Shown piece after piece: positions 26,401 through 42,215 of a stretch of DNA of 64,000 nucleotides (its first letter is position 1; each line of letters starts with the position of its first letter). Origin of the DNA: an uncultured bacterium (GTDB lineage Bacteria > Patescibacteriota > Gracilibacteria > Absconditabacterales > Absconditicoccaceae); contig CAMJSB010000001.1 in assembly GCA_946408385.1 (NCBI GenBank), positions 36,347-100,346 of the forward strand, given 5' to 3'. The position numbers and the translations under genes were made by a program. The notes under the pieces were generated by a model. That model did not search any database. It had not been told where the DNA came from and saw only the letters and a program-made list of their open reading frames with translations.

Positions 26401-29400
26401 TTTTGCAATTTTTATAGTTGACTCAATTTCATTTGGAAGTCTTGGCAATTCTGGAGCTGGAGGTAAAATTGGAAGCTCCAATTCTATCTCTGGAATAAAA
26501 GATGGTAATTCTGGCAATTCTGGAGGCTCTGGCAATAAAGGAATATCTGGTAAATCTAACAATTTAATATTTACTCAAACAGTTGGAGGTTCTGGCAAAT
26601 TTGGAAGTTCAGGTAATTGGATATTAATAGGCTGAAATTTAAATTTAGGCAAAACGATATCCAAGCTTATATCAATATTCGATAAATCTATTGTAATATT
26701 CGGCAATTTAAAGTTAGGGATTTGTATAATTGGCAACTGAATCATATCACACAGGATAGACAATTTACAAGAATATTGATCATATGTATCTTTAGAACAA
26801 TTTCAGCAGCTTTTTCATCGTTCAGATGAAAAATCTATTAACAATTGATATGTCTTTATAATGTTCAACATAAGCACTATCGCATCAACATATCAGACAA
26901 ATCTCTGAGCATTCGTCGATGTCCAATACGACAAATATCAAATAACATTATTAATCAAAGATGCAATTTCTGCCATATATCTATCTATAGCATGAATCCA
27001 TTCATACATTTCAAATGGAAAATTCCTATATTCTTGCAATATTGTTAAATTCGCATAAATCTGATCTGTCATTTTTTGCCAATCTCATTTTTCAAATTCT
27101 ACAAAGGCTCTCAAGTTTTCTTCTGCTCTAGCTTTACAAATTGCTTTTCTCTCTGGATCTATTTCTCTTGAACATGCTTCTAATCATACAGTTAAAGCTG
27201 TTTTCCATTCATCAACCTTCTTTCAATTAATATCCAACCATTGATTTAAATAAAGCTCATATCCATTTATATCCTCTGCAAAAATCATTGGAACCTTTAC
27301 ATTCAAAGTTTCAGTAGAAATATTAATAATATTACTCTCATTCATCAAACCAGCTAATCTCTCAAAAGGATTAGATATAGAATTATTTAATTGATTTAAA
27401 TTATCATGATTAATATAAGCCCATGCTCAAAGTGAAGATGACCATCATGTATCCATTTTTACAAATCATCAATCATCAATATCTTCACTTACATTTTGAA
27501 TTGTTCAGACTTCATTCTCAATAAGATTCACAATATTTGGCAATTTGATATTAACATGCATTTTCGTTAACTGATTAGCAATATATCTAATCTGCGGATC
27601 TAACCACTTATCTATCAACATTTTTCTAACTCATTGCTGAATTCATCATCTAATTTTATTTACCGTAAAATCTCATCACAAAATATCCACATCTCCAATA
27701 AAAAATGAATTATTATCATTTGAGTCTCTACCATCTATTCAAATATGAGCTGCTGTTTCTAAATTAATAATTCACAAAAAGCTTGTCTCAAATTCTATTT
27801 GATTATTTAATCATCAATTAAGATCTACATTTTTCCATTTAATAGTATCAATTGTATCTCACCAATTAAAATTCTTCCAATTATTTGAATTACTACTAGA
27901 AATTTTAGAGCTATAAGAATACAAATTAAAAGGAGATGAACGATATCATTTTTGAGTCACTTGAGATCATTTCTGTGATTGTAAGCACACTCAACTATCT
28001 TTCACATCATTTACAAAAGCTTCATAAATTTCATTCGGATTTTCTTTATCCTTTTTCTTTACTGTATTATCGCTTCAACCCTTACATTGTGGTTTTACTG
28101 CAAATACTGTACAATTACCTGCTATATCCGATATCGGAGATGGAATTTTTCTCCAAATAGCATCTGGAGATACACAGACAGCAATTCAAAGCTGCGCCGT
28201 CGATGTAGGAGCTGCATAAATCCTAATCGCTGAAGGATATGTTCATCATCATGGCCACAAAAATCAATCCGTAGGAGATTTTAATCACCAAGGAATTGGA
28301 ATATCTCAAACCGGTGTGTGCAATGTTCATGGGAAAAAGAAACTAGGCAATCATCATTCAAGAGCTCCCATTGGTAATTCCCAACATCCAAATAAATGAT
28401 ACTTACCAGGCGCAAGAAATGCTTGATTAAAAGGAACCGGCAATCACTTACAATTATTAGATCATCAAAATGAAAATCAATTACACATTCATTTAGTAAT
28501 ATCATCTACGGCATTTTCAATAGCTTCTGTCTGTTTTTTAAAGATGTTCAAATCAAGATCCAAATTAATTCATGCCTCATGAATAGCATCTTTTAAAATA
28601 TTTCTACCATCTTCATCATTTGTAACCTGAAGATTTCCATTTCTCAACAAGCTACTACGGTTTATATGATTCCCTACTATTCAAGGCAGATTACTTATAT
28701 CTCAATTTCAATTACCCACATCAGTACCATAATCTACAGTCATTTTATCTTCATTTTCATATTCCTTATCTATAAGTTTTTGGAGATCCACTACCGTATC
28801 TTTAAATGATCTTTTTCATAAATTAACAAATCAATCAAAATTTTTATCACATCAATCAACGCTTTGCAACTTTATATCAGGTAATTTGTCATTTGACCAA
28901 AAAGTATTATACGTTATACTCATTTTTTTCAAAGGAAGTTGTTTATACTCTAAATCATACTCAAACACCATTCTTTCTCACGAAAACAAAGTAATATTAT
29001 CAATCAAATATGAAAAATTTCAATCTTTACCTTTAACTTCTGCATTCTTTTTATTTTGTAAAAAATTGATTCATTTTATTTTACCACTCTCATCATAATA
29101 AACATTCCATGGTCATTGAATAATATCTCAATATGCTCATATACAAGAACCTCTATCTGAAGCCTTTACTGTAACCCTTACCGTAACTATATCTTTATTC
29201 ATCAAAATTTTTCATCAGTTTTTAACGTAATAATTTTTCCAAACACTACAATTATCAGCAGGATTCTTTGGATCCAAAAAGCTACTAGGTGCAAAAACAT
29301 AATTATTAGAATCTCCTCCATCAACCAACTTATTCTCATATAACGTAACATCTACAAATTTAGCCTCATCTTGTATAAATTGACTACTCGCTACACCAAT

Positions 29401-32400
29401 ATCAAAATTATCACTACTCATAAATTCATTAACTGCCTTTTCTATTGATCATTCTGAATCCATTTTCTTTGGTTGTATAAAATCAGTCAAAGTATTAGTA
29501 TCAATGTTTACTCAATATTTAGACAAATCATTTTCAGTTATTTCTAGCTCTGGTTTAGACATACCAACCCAATGCATCATACTGTTATCAAAAATATCAT
29601 CGTTTGATATCTGAATTCATAACGCCGTAACCAAAGTAGTATTCACCGATTCTCTACTATACCATCATGTATCACAAGCATACTTTTCAGTACTCAAATA
29701 ATTTGGTCACTTATTTGTAGTTCATCAATAAAATACTTTAATATATCACTTTTCATCATAAGTAACAATATCTACCACTCAATCTTGATCCATATCTTCT
29801 ACAAAAAATTGATTTAATCACTCCAAATCACTTGGAGTAGTAGAAATCTCTCATCCAAACACATTTTGATTTAAACACGCTACACTTCAATCTACATCAA
29901 ATATTCATCAATTATTTAAATAAACTCTAATCTGATTATTATTCGTGAGCACAAAAATATCTTGATATCCATTTCCATCTGCATCTCCAACAAAAACATT
30001 TTTTATACGCACAGCCACACGAATTAATTCCTGCATATTTCTAAAATCAGGATTTCAACCATAACTTTTTGCCAATTTTAATGAACCATCCTGATATGCC
30101 ACTAACCAATCATTTAATCAATCATTATTAAAGTCTATCTGATATACTCAGAAAATATTTTTTTCAGGATCGTTATATACTTCTTCTCAGATTCATCCAT
30201 CATAATTAGTTCCATAAACCTTTTTATTTACATCTTTCCTAGAAAGAATAGGATCTCAAAAATTAATTAATAATTCTGATCAATATTTCCTAGTTGCTTC
30301 TCATACAATCTCTCATTCTGCAAACAAAGTAATATTCTTAAAGTCTCAAAGAAACCCAATCCTTTCATCAACTTCATCAGAATTCTGTATAGACTTATAC
30401 GTACTATTTAATTGGAAATCACTAAATCAATCAAAAATTCAAACACTAGAAATAAAGTCAGTTGATCACTGAGTAAATAAATAATCAACTAAATAACGAT
30501 TTCATGAATCTTTAAAATTTTGTACAGAAGGAACTACCTCAGGAAAATGTGTAATAATTTTTCCATAATCAACTCCTTTATATACGACACTCCATACATT
30601 ATCTCAATTACTCATAACCTGACTGGATAGTTTTAGTAACATCTCTCAATTCTCCAAATTAACGACAGAATTATTTGAATCATACAAAATTCAATTCTTA
30701 ATAGAATATTTTGAATCTTCTGGAATAAAGAAAATATAATTTTTCTTAGATGTTGTTTTATTATTCAATAAAGTATTAATAGATGCCAACGTAGCCGTTA
30801 CCCATTCAAAAGAAGGAGCTGAAATTTGCATTTCAGACAATCATCAAACAAAAACTGAGATTTTTCACTCTCTTATACTAAGAGTAGTACCTAAATTATC
30901 AAAATCCGTAATTATAAATCAAGAATCTATTTTCCATAATGCTTTCTTAATCTTATCTTCAGACATTAATAATGTAGTCGTAGCAATTGTTTTATTTGAA
31001 TTCTTCATTAAAGATTCAACATATTTATCATTTTCTGATAGATATCACCACTGATTTCATCGATCATTTCAAAAATAATTCAAATACATTATATTCAATC
31101 AACTTTCTGGTAATAAGTCATCATCAACTCTAAAATCAACATCTGAAATTACCTTAAAACCATCTTCAGAATACAATCATGCTTGTATCGTTGTTAATCA
31201 AGCTCATACTCAATAAATTGGAATCTTTGCATATCAATCTTTTATAGTTATCGAACTAATTACCTCATTATCATCATGATAAACTTCTGTCAATCAATTC
31301 AATTTCACATATTTTGGATCTGTTTTTACATAAAGTGTCATATTAGTTGCATTTCACCAAACATCAGACACAAATAATTCAATATTTGTCATTTTATCCA
31401 ATTTAACATAACCATTTCCTATATTAAATTGAACATTACTTGAAGAAGAAGGTTTAATAGAAAGATTTATACTACGCTTATCTAATCAAGGAATATCTAT
31501 ATCTATAATATCATTTCCCGCCTTAGTCGTAGGATAATAATACATAATAGCCTGACCTCACTTAATATAACCTTTAGATGTTTGAGAAAAAACATAATCT
31601 CAACTATCTTGTCTAACAACTTGTCACACTACTACTAATCCATTTTGAGAAGAAATTAAGATCTGACTATCAACATCCAAAATCTTTCAATTTTTATCCA
31701 AAATATTAATTTCAATCTGCTGCAATTTTGAAAAATCTAGTTTTCATCAAATATAAATGTTCTCATTTTCATTTAAATTATATGCCTCATTAGCTTCAAG
31801 ATTATCTCTTCACTGAATAATTACCTTTCAATTTAACTTTATTACAGGATCAGCATATACTATAGATTGATTATAAGTTTTTAGCACTTCTCAATTTTTA
31901 GACGATTTAATTTGTATAGTCGCAACACTTCACTCAGAGACATCTGATGGAGCCTGATAATAAAATTTAAGATCTCTAAAATCATTTGTAGAGAATCCTG
32001 ATTGATAAGATCAATCTTTCAAAAATCTTCACTGAGACACAGTAAAATCGTATTTTTCTAATCACCAATCAATTTTATTATCATATCTATCATATCAGAT
32101 CACCTCTACAGGAGTTATCATTCATGCTATAGTTTTTTTATCTCAAAGATTTATATCAACATGATCCAGATTACTCGGGCTGATAGTATATTTAATTATT
32201 TTTTCTAAATATCATCATCAAATATTTATCTTCATAACTAATGCCACCTTTCAAGCTATATGATTAGATGACATTACAGTTCACTTAAATGGATTAGTCT
32301 TCGGATTGAAAGTCTTTTTTATTGTGTTTCCATCACACAACGCATCTGAATCCAATTTTATACATCAATCCCCTGTTCACATAAATTCTACAGTAATATT

Positions 32401-35400
32401 TCATACATCAGATAAGGACTCTATCTTAATTTCACTACCCGGAATACTTTCTGACAATAACGTATTAATATTACTTATTCTAACATTTTTATACACATTA
32501 GACAATGCATTAGCAAGTCAATCTTTTCATCAAACAACATTTTGATTATGCTTCTCTGCATCCACCTGCATTTGTGTTATTTTCTTATCTGAATCATATC
32601 ATGTTCATGGATTTAACAAAGAATCCCAATCATCTACAAATTTACTCATCGAATCTCACCAATCTACTAGATTCTGACTCAAATCTGAATCTTTTATATA
32701 ATCTTTTAATGAATAATCAGGAGATAATATATCTCATAAACTATTATTAAATGATAATTTCAATTTTGCAGGAGATTCCAAAGTTTGTTTCCACCAACAT
32801 TTAAATCATTCTAACCACGGAGATGTTCAATTCATCTTAAAAAGAGGCAATCTTCCATTCGCAGGAATATTACACTTATCAGATAAATCATTTTCTTGTT
32901 TTACAGCCTGAGCTTGCCTATTAGTTGTATTAGTAAATAAGCTTGATGATGTATTTTCAGCTACATAAGAATAATCCTCAGGATTATCCCCATTAATAAG
33001 AATTGAATCTTTACCATCAGAATTTATAAATCATACCTCATATCATAATGCTTCATACATAGGAATCTCAAACAAAGAGTTCTTTGTTTTTTCATTTCAT
33101 TGCACCAAATAATCTTTTAAAAGCTGATTTCTCTTGTCATTCACATTGAAGCTCTTCTTAATAAGTTCAATATCCTCTTCAATATTTTCTGCACTCAACT
33201 TCTTTTTATTGGTCAAATTTTGATAATACAATACTTCAGAAATTATATCCAACATTTTTTCTCATCATAAAGCTTCCACAAGTTCTTCATACGTAAACTT
33301 AGATTCATCATCACATCAATGTTTTCATTTTTCTGGCGTAGCCAATCAATAACCCAAATCTTTTAATCCATAAAAATAAAGATTCATATTTAAAGCATTA
33401 TTACATTCATTCTCCAAAATTTTATTATATTCTTCCATCTTTCAACGTAAATATTTTTCCAAATTATTCCTAATTTGTCATCAAGTCAAAAGTTCATGAA
33501 TATCATATCAATCTTTATTCTTTCATTTAGAAATATAAACTTCAACTTTAAATAAATCAGGATAAATAAACTTAATTTCATTTCACGCAATAGACTGCAT
33601 ACTTACATAACGAGGAGAATCTATAGGCCTATCTGGGGTTAAAAGATTCATTCATGAAATATGCTCAATTATTCACTGCAAAAGATCATGATTCTTTTTA
33701 GCCCCATCGGAATCATATCAAGGTCCTTTAGTCCATTCAGCATAATAATTAATCCAATCAGATTGATCAAATTTTCCATAATCAATACTATTTTTTATTA
33801 ACCATACTCTAAAATCCTTATCAATTTTTGCCTCATTTTCTATCTTTGATCAAACCTTATCTTCTACAAACAAATTAGAAAAAACAACATCAACATTCTG
33901 CAAATCTTTTTCAAAAGAATCAAGTAACACACGTACAGTTCATCAAGTCAACATAAATCAAGAAATCATACTACTATCAGCACCATCTCAATTATTTCAA
34001 TCTTCATCGGTAACTTCATGTTCACCATCATCTTCATTAATTTCATCATCCATTCTCTCAATCCAAAACATGTCTTCAAACTTTTTTGAAATTTCATCAA
34101 TTTTTCCCTGATTTAATTCAGGATTAGCTCTAAGCTTTGCATACAATTCATCCCAACTAGATTTTTGATTATTAATTCACAACCAAACATCATCGTAATA
34201 CTGCAGAATTCAAGAAAGATTTCATACTATTTCTCACCTAATATCTTTTATATTTGATAACCAATTCGGCAAAAATCAAACTTTCAATAAATTCTCTGTA
34301 TTTCAAGTTTGATAATAATCATCCACATTTCATCACTCCATATAAATTATAGAATCCATCGTACTAATTATATTTTCTACGTATAATCACTGAAGTTGAT
34401 AATAAAAACCTGAAAGATTCGAATGTTCCTCATCAAGTAATTCACTTACATCATCTAAAGCATCATCAATTGTACCTGTCACCCCGTCATTATCATCTAT
34501 ACTACTCGACAACCTATTTACTCATTCTCATAAATCGACAAATCTACTTGAAATATACACATTACCAGAATTAATATCATGCATTAAATCTGAAATTGTT
34601 CATAATACACCCGACATGGAAACATATAAATCATCATATGCAGATTTAACATCATTATAATAAATAGACAAGATTCATTCTTCTCCATACCTATTACGAT
34701 CTACTCAATTTATTTGTGCATCAGTCGTACTTTTATGTTTAGCCACAGAACTAATAACTTTAAAACTATACTGCTCCATAATTCTTCAAGATTTAGGTCT
34801 ACTTATATTAAAGATTCTATCGCTTAATGGATCAATCGACATATTCCAACGATTGGATCAAACAATAATAGATTGATTTAATCCAAAATAATCCATATCA
34901 GAAAACGATTTACCATGAACATCAGGAGTATGGTTTTCATAATACACATACTTTGGTAAGATTCATCAATGCTTCTCCCATGTTTCTTTTTGGGTAGGGC
35001 TAGCATATTTAATATACGCCTTAAAACTATTTGCCGCCCACTGTGGTCAAGTTCCAAGTCAATTTATCCATCATGTACCTCACATTCACTCATCATCTCA
35101 CTCCAATAATGACTGAAATCATCACATATCAAAAATTGGTCTCCAAGAATCTGTTGCTAAATATCCACTTAATTCATATCTTCATTTAGAAACACTATTT
35201 TGATTTAAATTGATTGAAGAAGCTCATCACCACCATCTTTTAACAAAATCATACAAAAGCTCACAATCACCATCTTTATCTTTACAAATCTCCGGTCGAA
35301 CTTTCTTTTTTACTCTACCTAAAAATCAACTTCTACTATTTTCACTATCTTTTTTAGTTCTATTTTCATAATAGGCATCCAAATCATTTTCAACACTCAT

Positions 35401-36888
35401 CATCGTATATCCCCTATTTCATTCGACCTGATTAGAAAAAATATCATAAGATCATCAAATAGATTTCAGCCTTAAATCAGTTCCATCATATTGTGACTTA
35501 ACAGGATTATCACCATCAGATAAAGAATTGTAAGTAACACCACTAAGATTTGATAAATTTCTATATGTTCACCTATATATACTCAGCCCATCCACATCAT
35601 CAATTAAACGTGCATCATTACCAAAATAATAATTTTCATAACGATCAACAAAATAATAACGTTTAAATCACACTCTTTTTCATGTTACTTTTTTATAACT
35701 TACAGGAACAACAATATCCATACTAAAATTTTCATCTTCAATTTTTTTGTCTACCATATCCTCCATTAAATTATTCAAATTTTCAATCAATCACACAATA
35801 TTATCATTCCCCAGCAAAATTTCATCTTTTAACTGCATTTTAGACATAGAAGTATCAGAATTTGCAATCAATTTTTTCTCACCATTATCATCTACATATT
35901 CCTTTATCCACCTTCATCATGCAAAAATATTTTCTCTCATTATCGACGAATTTACCTGAGAAAAAAGATTAGAATAATCAGAAGAAAAACTGGTCTGAAT
36001 TTCCTGTTGAATCATTTTAGTAGTATGAGAATTATCAGAATTTTGATTATTCATCTCTTCCAAAAGATCTTTTCAAGAAAAATCTAAATTAGTCACATTT
36101 TCTAAATCAGAAATAATATTTATCGCATTATCAGCTTGTTCTCACCTAAACATTTTTTGCATTAATGGAGAATATCTTTGATATCACAAATCCTCTGCAA
36201 ACATAATTCTATTTCTATAATACGGCAAATTCTCACTCAAAAATCATTCCTTCTGAGCAAGAAAATCATCATACCATATACTATCTCAAACAAATCAATC
36301 AGGATTTTCAGTATATTTCTTAACCTTATCAAAAAAATCAAGATACGCTTGCTCATCAGTTCAATAATTAATCAGTCAATGCCAGATTTCGGCTTGTCAT
36401 CCAGGATTTCAATTCGAAACAAAATATTTAGAATCATCATCCCAAACATATTTTTGATCCTCAAAATCAACATATGGATAAACCGTAGGGAAGATGTATC
36501 AATCTTGATTAACTACAGGAAATGGAATATCTCAAACCATAATCAATCAAATCAAAGATGAATTTACATCCTTTAATCCATCAAAATAAACATTCTCCAT
36601 CATACGATAAATATCGTAAGCGTGAATATTAGCCAAATCAAGGGGTATTACCAAAGCTTTTGTATCTGTCAACTGCTGCTGAACATAATCTGATGCATAC
36701 CACTTTAATCAACTAGAAATTCAATCATAAATTTTATTATCCACTAAAATCACAACAATATTTACACGAGGCTCATTTTTTTCTTTCGCCCAAGTTTGAA
36801 AAAAAGAAAAATTAGTTTCAAGTAAAAATGAGATAAAATAAACAAAAATAGTAGCAAAAAGAATAATTTTTTTAAATCTCAATTGCAT
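23488..36888 (-). CDS. Giant secreted protein (~4,466 aa) with FG-GAP/VCBS repeats and Cys- and Pro-rich segments
   Basis: Signal peptide at 36888. Length is divisible by 3, and the track fragments at 23713, 25996, 26575 and 29215 share this frame. Motifs IDFNNDGLNDW, GDADGNGYQDI, DMDQDGVVDI. I did not check every codon. Confidence 0.8.
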
Positions 36889-37129
36889 AATTAAACAACC
36901 GTTTAATAAATGATAAGATGATGATAAATTTCACATTCAAAAATGCAAAGAAAAATCAGATTTCTACAAGCATTTCATTTGCTTTTTTCCAAAAAAATTA
37001 TACGATTATATTTATTAAAAAATTAAAACAACAATGTAAAGGTTACAATAAAATTTGGATTGATTTTAATATTAGTTCTGATATAATACAACTCGACTTT
37101 TTAACTAAATCAAAAGTATAAGTAATAAA

Positions 37130-38956
37130 ATGACAATCCATAAATTACCAGATTACGTAATCAATAGATTAAAAGCCTGAGAAATAGTTGAGCGCCCTTC
37201 TAGTATTTTAAAAGAATTAGTAGAAAATTCTTTAGATGCCTGAGCCAAACACATAGAAATAACAATAAACGACTGATGAAAATCCTTTTTGTCTGTACAA
37301 GATGATTGAACCTGAATTGAGCTATCAGATATGGATTTATTATTAGAAAGATATGCCACATCCAAGATACAAACAGACGAAGATTTATACAACATTTCAA
37401 GCTATTGATTCCGTGGAGAAGCGTTAGCAAGCATTTCAGAAGTCAGCAAAATTACAGTAATTACAAAAACTAAATATTCACAAATATGAACCAAATTACA
37501 AAAAAAATGATGAGACATCACCACATCTCACCAAGCCGTATGATTTGAGCATTGAACAATTGTAGAAGTTGAAGATTTATTCTTCAATGTACCAGCCAGA
37601 CAGAAATTTTTAAAATCAGCTCAAACTGAATATTTTTACTGTTACACATATTTTGTAAATATTGCTCTTCGACATGTAGACAAGCATTTAACACTAAAAA
37701 AGAATAATCGTATAATATTTGATCTAAAACCTACAGATTTAATCTGAAGAATTACAGATCTATTTAAACAAGATTGGGGAAAGAACTTGAAAGAGTTTGA
37801 CACAAAAACAGATTTTGTCCACTTCTACTGAATAGTATCAGATCCTAGTTTACGCTTCTGATCAACAGAAAATATCAAAATATATGTCAATTGAAGACCG
37901 ATTCAAGACAAAATAATCAAAAAAGCTTTAATGGATGCCTATTCAAGACAAATTACTCCAGGAGAATATCCATTCGCGATTTTAATGCTTGACGTTAATC
38001 CGAAAATTGTAGATGTAAATGTACACCCAAGCAAACTCCAAGTAAAATTTGCAGACAGTCAATCTATATTCCAATTAGTTTTCAACACAATTTCCGAGAC
38101 ACTATGACAAAATAAAATTTCTCATCAATCACAACATTACAGTTTCGATAATTCAAAACAGAATTTTTACTACAATCAACATGATTGAACAAATAAACAA
38201 AACTCAGCAGTTTTAGATCAAATTGTTTCAGATTTTTGAGAAAGTCAACAAACGAACTCCCCTACTTCTGAACAAATTAAACTTTTTGACGAAGCAATAC
38301 AAGCAACAAATATCACAAACAATTCAAATCAATCATTATTCTGATTAAATAATTTAGAAAATGGATGAATAACCAGAAATAGATTTTTTAACGAAGAAAT
38401 TTGAGAATACAAAATCATATGACAACTATGGAATAGTTATATTGTAATCGAATCACAGGACGCACTTTACTACGTTGATCAACATGCTTTAGCTGAAAGA
38501 ATAGCCTTCGAAACTATGAAAAAAGAACAAGATTTAAGTCGCGAAACATTATTACAACCACTAAAATATGAGATAACAAACGTTCCAAATTTAGTTGAAA
38601 AAATTGAAGAGTTAAACCAACTTTGATTCGATATTTCTATGTTATGAGAAAATGTTGTGGTAATATATGCCATACCAAAAATATTTGTCACAAATCCTGT
38701 AGATTTAATGACATTATTCAATCATGTCCTATATTTAGAAAAAATCACATTTAACCATCTAATGGATTGAGTCTATGCCACAAAAGCATGTAAGACATCA
38801 ATAAAAGCATGAAATAAACTCTCCATCCCACAAATGGAAGAACTAGTAAAAAATTGATTCGAAAAAATTCCATGAATGTTTGTTTGCCAACACGGAAGAC
38901 CATTTTTTGTCAGAATCGAAAAAAAAGAAATAGACTGATTCTTTGATAGAAATTAG
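37130..38956 (+). CDS. mutL: DNA mismatch repair protein MutL
   Basis: [56 protein letters not shown]. Confidence 0.97.
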
Positions 38957-38978
38957 ACAACGAAAGACAATGTAGACA

Positions 38979-39668
38979 CTAATAAAAAATTAAACTAAAT
39001 AGCACAAAAAATAGCCTATAAATAGAGTCACTAACAACCGAAATATACTTTCAAATAATTGGAGAGCCCGAAACTATCAAAATAATCAAAAGCATAGAAA
39101 TCCACATAACATTTTTTTCCATTCGCTGAGCTCATCTCTTCCAAAAAACTTTTATCAAACGGTATCCATCTAATGGAGGAAGAGGTATCATATTAAAAAC
39201 TGCTAATGCAATATTAATTCAAATAAACAATACCCAAAAAAACAAAACTAAATCACCATTATATACCGAAATATCAAAATATGAACGTGGTAATAATCAA
39301 ATATCAATTCAACAAATAAGCGCATAAACCATCATAATAAACATTCCAAAAAATGCCAACAACAAGTTCATTGCAGGTCAAGCAAACGCCGTAAGAGTTT
39401 CATCACTAATAGGGTTTTTATAATATATAGGATTTATCTGCACTGGTTTTCACCATCAAAATCAAATCAAAAATATAGAAACAAATCAGATTACATCAAT
39501 ATGTTTAAATGGATTTGGAGTAAGTCTTCACTGAAGAACTGGAGTTGGATCTCATAATTTATATGAAGTCCAAGCATGAGCATATTCATGCAATCAAATT
39601 GAAACTAATAAAATTATCACTAAAAAAACATAATAAAGAATTTCCTCTAATTCCAATGTTTCAAACAT
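38979..39668 (-). CDS. Site-2 protease (M50)
   Basis: LHEYAHA, GRLTPNP, AGPAMN, FNMIPLPPLDG. Confidence 0.92.
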
Positions 39669-39694
39669 TAGCTAAATAATCCACAGAATATAAA

Positions 39695-41866
39695 TTATTT
39701 ATTTAACAACGATACATAATCAAGCATATAATAAGGAATTCTAGTTCACTTATCCTTCTTCACATGTTTATCAAACAAATTCAAATTAACATCCACATTA
39801 TTCAAATCCACTTCATTATCCGGAAACAAATTAGACACCAAATAAATCTCAAAATTCTCCCTATTTAAAGCATTTTTCGCATTCAAACGCACTGAATGAA
39901 CTATTGAATAATTAGAATAAATATCATATCTCCATTTATACGCATAAACTTCTTGTTTTTCTCAATCCTCATTATCTGAAAATACTGACTGTTTTATTTC
40001 CTCCTGAATCTGAATTGGTTCATAAGTATTTCATATAAAAATCACAGGCATATCCTGAGCTAATAAAATATTAATTTGAGACTTCACATTTTCATCACGA
40101 GTTTTATAATACTGAGAAATCAAAGAATTTAATATAGGATTTCTATACCTAGAAGGATTTCAAAGAGGATCCTCTGTTCAAAATAAAGGTAAAATATCTT
40201 TTCTACTTCCAGGATCAATCGTTCATACATAAATATCATATGTTCACATCAAAAGTTTTCATTCCAGTTCCTCTGCGTTATAAACAGGCTCAAAAATAAA
40301 ATTATCTAAAATTCAAGCATTTTGAAATATATTCCTCATCTGTTGGATAGCAAAAGTAGATGCCGGATCATTAAAATACAAAACACTCAATTTCCACTGA
40401 TTATCCTCCGCCGTAGAAGTCGACAATTTATCAAATACATATATATCTATACTAGCAATAGTATAAGTCTTATTTTTTATAAATCACGAAATAGTAAAAT
40501 TATTAACTCATACCTTCAAATTCTGGCCGTTTACCAACTTATAAACAACTTTTTTATCACTAGATTTATAATTTTTTGGACTCCATGTCGATCCGTCACT
40601 AGATGCTTTTATCTTTATATCAGAAAATTCATTACTAAATTTTATTTCTAAATCCTTTGATTCTTCAGGCTTCTGCATAAAAAATACAAATTTTCTATCA
40701 ACTCAGTTAATTGACATACTAGAAGGCAACTCTTGAGCTCAAGAATCTTTTAAATCATTTGTATCCACAGTTTCATCATCTGATAAGGTCAAACGATTCA
40801 TTAACTCTAAAACATTTTCTCCTGCCGAAACATAATAATTCAAAAACTCTCAGTCATATTCTTTCAAATAATCTTCATAATTTCATGTGAAAAAATTATG
40901 ATAAATAAGTCATCACAAAGACCTTCTAAGCCTTACATTTGCCTTTCATGAATCCGTATTAAAGAACACTCATAACAACTTAGAAGTTAGTACATTTTGC
41001 CCTGTAAATCATTCCAAACTATTAGAAGAACTATAAGCATCTACAATGGCTTTCTGATTTTTTCACCTCAAAAATCATTCAAAATCTTCAAAGCTTTCAT
41101 AATTTTTAACCTGATAATATGCAAAATTTGTATCACTACAATCATTCAAATCAAAAATCAAACTATTAACATCTTTTGTTTGCGACATGATTTTAGCACA
41201 TCAATTTGTCACTGGAGATAAAGAAAAATAATTCTTATAAGTATCCAAATCCATAGGTTCTACAATATTTTTAGGCAAAATTGCATTCACAAAAAAATTC
41301 ACATTATCTAAGTTTTTAGTAGGGAATGATACTTTTACCCTATCATCCTCCAACGATACAGTAACCGAATTCCAAGCATTTAAAGACTGGATTTCCCAAC
41401 GATTTTTACGAATTATCTCATCATAAGTAAAGAAAACATCCTGAATAGTCACCGGAGTTCAATCTGACCAAAAAGCATTTTCATCTGCAATTTTTAACAC
41501 ATAATTTTGATGATCTTCAGTATAAACTTTACAAAGATCCTGAGCATACGCAATCTTTTCACCTTCATAAACTCAATCATTTAATCCATTTTCCTCACCT
41601 TCTTTATATAAATCTAAACAAGATCTAAACAAAAATTTTTGATAAAAAATACTCTGATCATCTGCTTTCAAGTAAGGCAAATATGAAACCTCATCAAAAA
41701 TTCATTCAACAAAAGTTCATCACTTTTTTTCCTCCTGAGATCAAGTAGCCAATAAATAAAAATATCAAAAAACAAAAGTTACAATTATCCATAAGAGAAG
41801 TATGAATCGCAAAAGATATTTTCAAATTCTCTTCCATACACTTATTTCATATGGAGTATACCACAT
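39695..41866 (-). CDS. ABC transporter substrate-binding protein (family 5-like)
   Basis: N-terminal TM, GGTFVEG, FWSDGTPVTIQDVFFTY. Confidence 0.8.
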
Positions 41867-41887
41867 ATTGAAATTCAAAAGGTAAAA

Positions 41888-42115
41888 TTAACCAACAAAT
41901 GGCAAAAATAAACAAATTCAAACGAACAAAATTCAGCTTATCATCGCTGCTATTTTCAATTTTCATTCTATTGATTTTTTACTTCAATATTCATTTCATC
42001 ATGAAGAAAATCCACCTATTCATAGTCAAATTCATCATTTTGGAGACATCATTAAAACACAAGCCATGAAAATACATCATAAAATCACTAAGGCAACAAC
42101 AAGTAACGTTTTCAT
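41888..42115 (-). CDS. secG: Preprotein translocase SecG
   Basis: 75 aa, two TMs, VLMMSPKGGIGLGIGG...IEGKLK. Confidence 0.8.
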
Positions 42116-42215
42116 TATCCAACAACACTAAAATAATAAAAAATTGTCTGAAATTTATTATATGCATTGGATATAAAAATGCAAGTTAAAGAAATTTAGA
42201 TAAATTTGACAAGCA

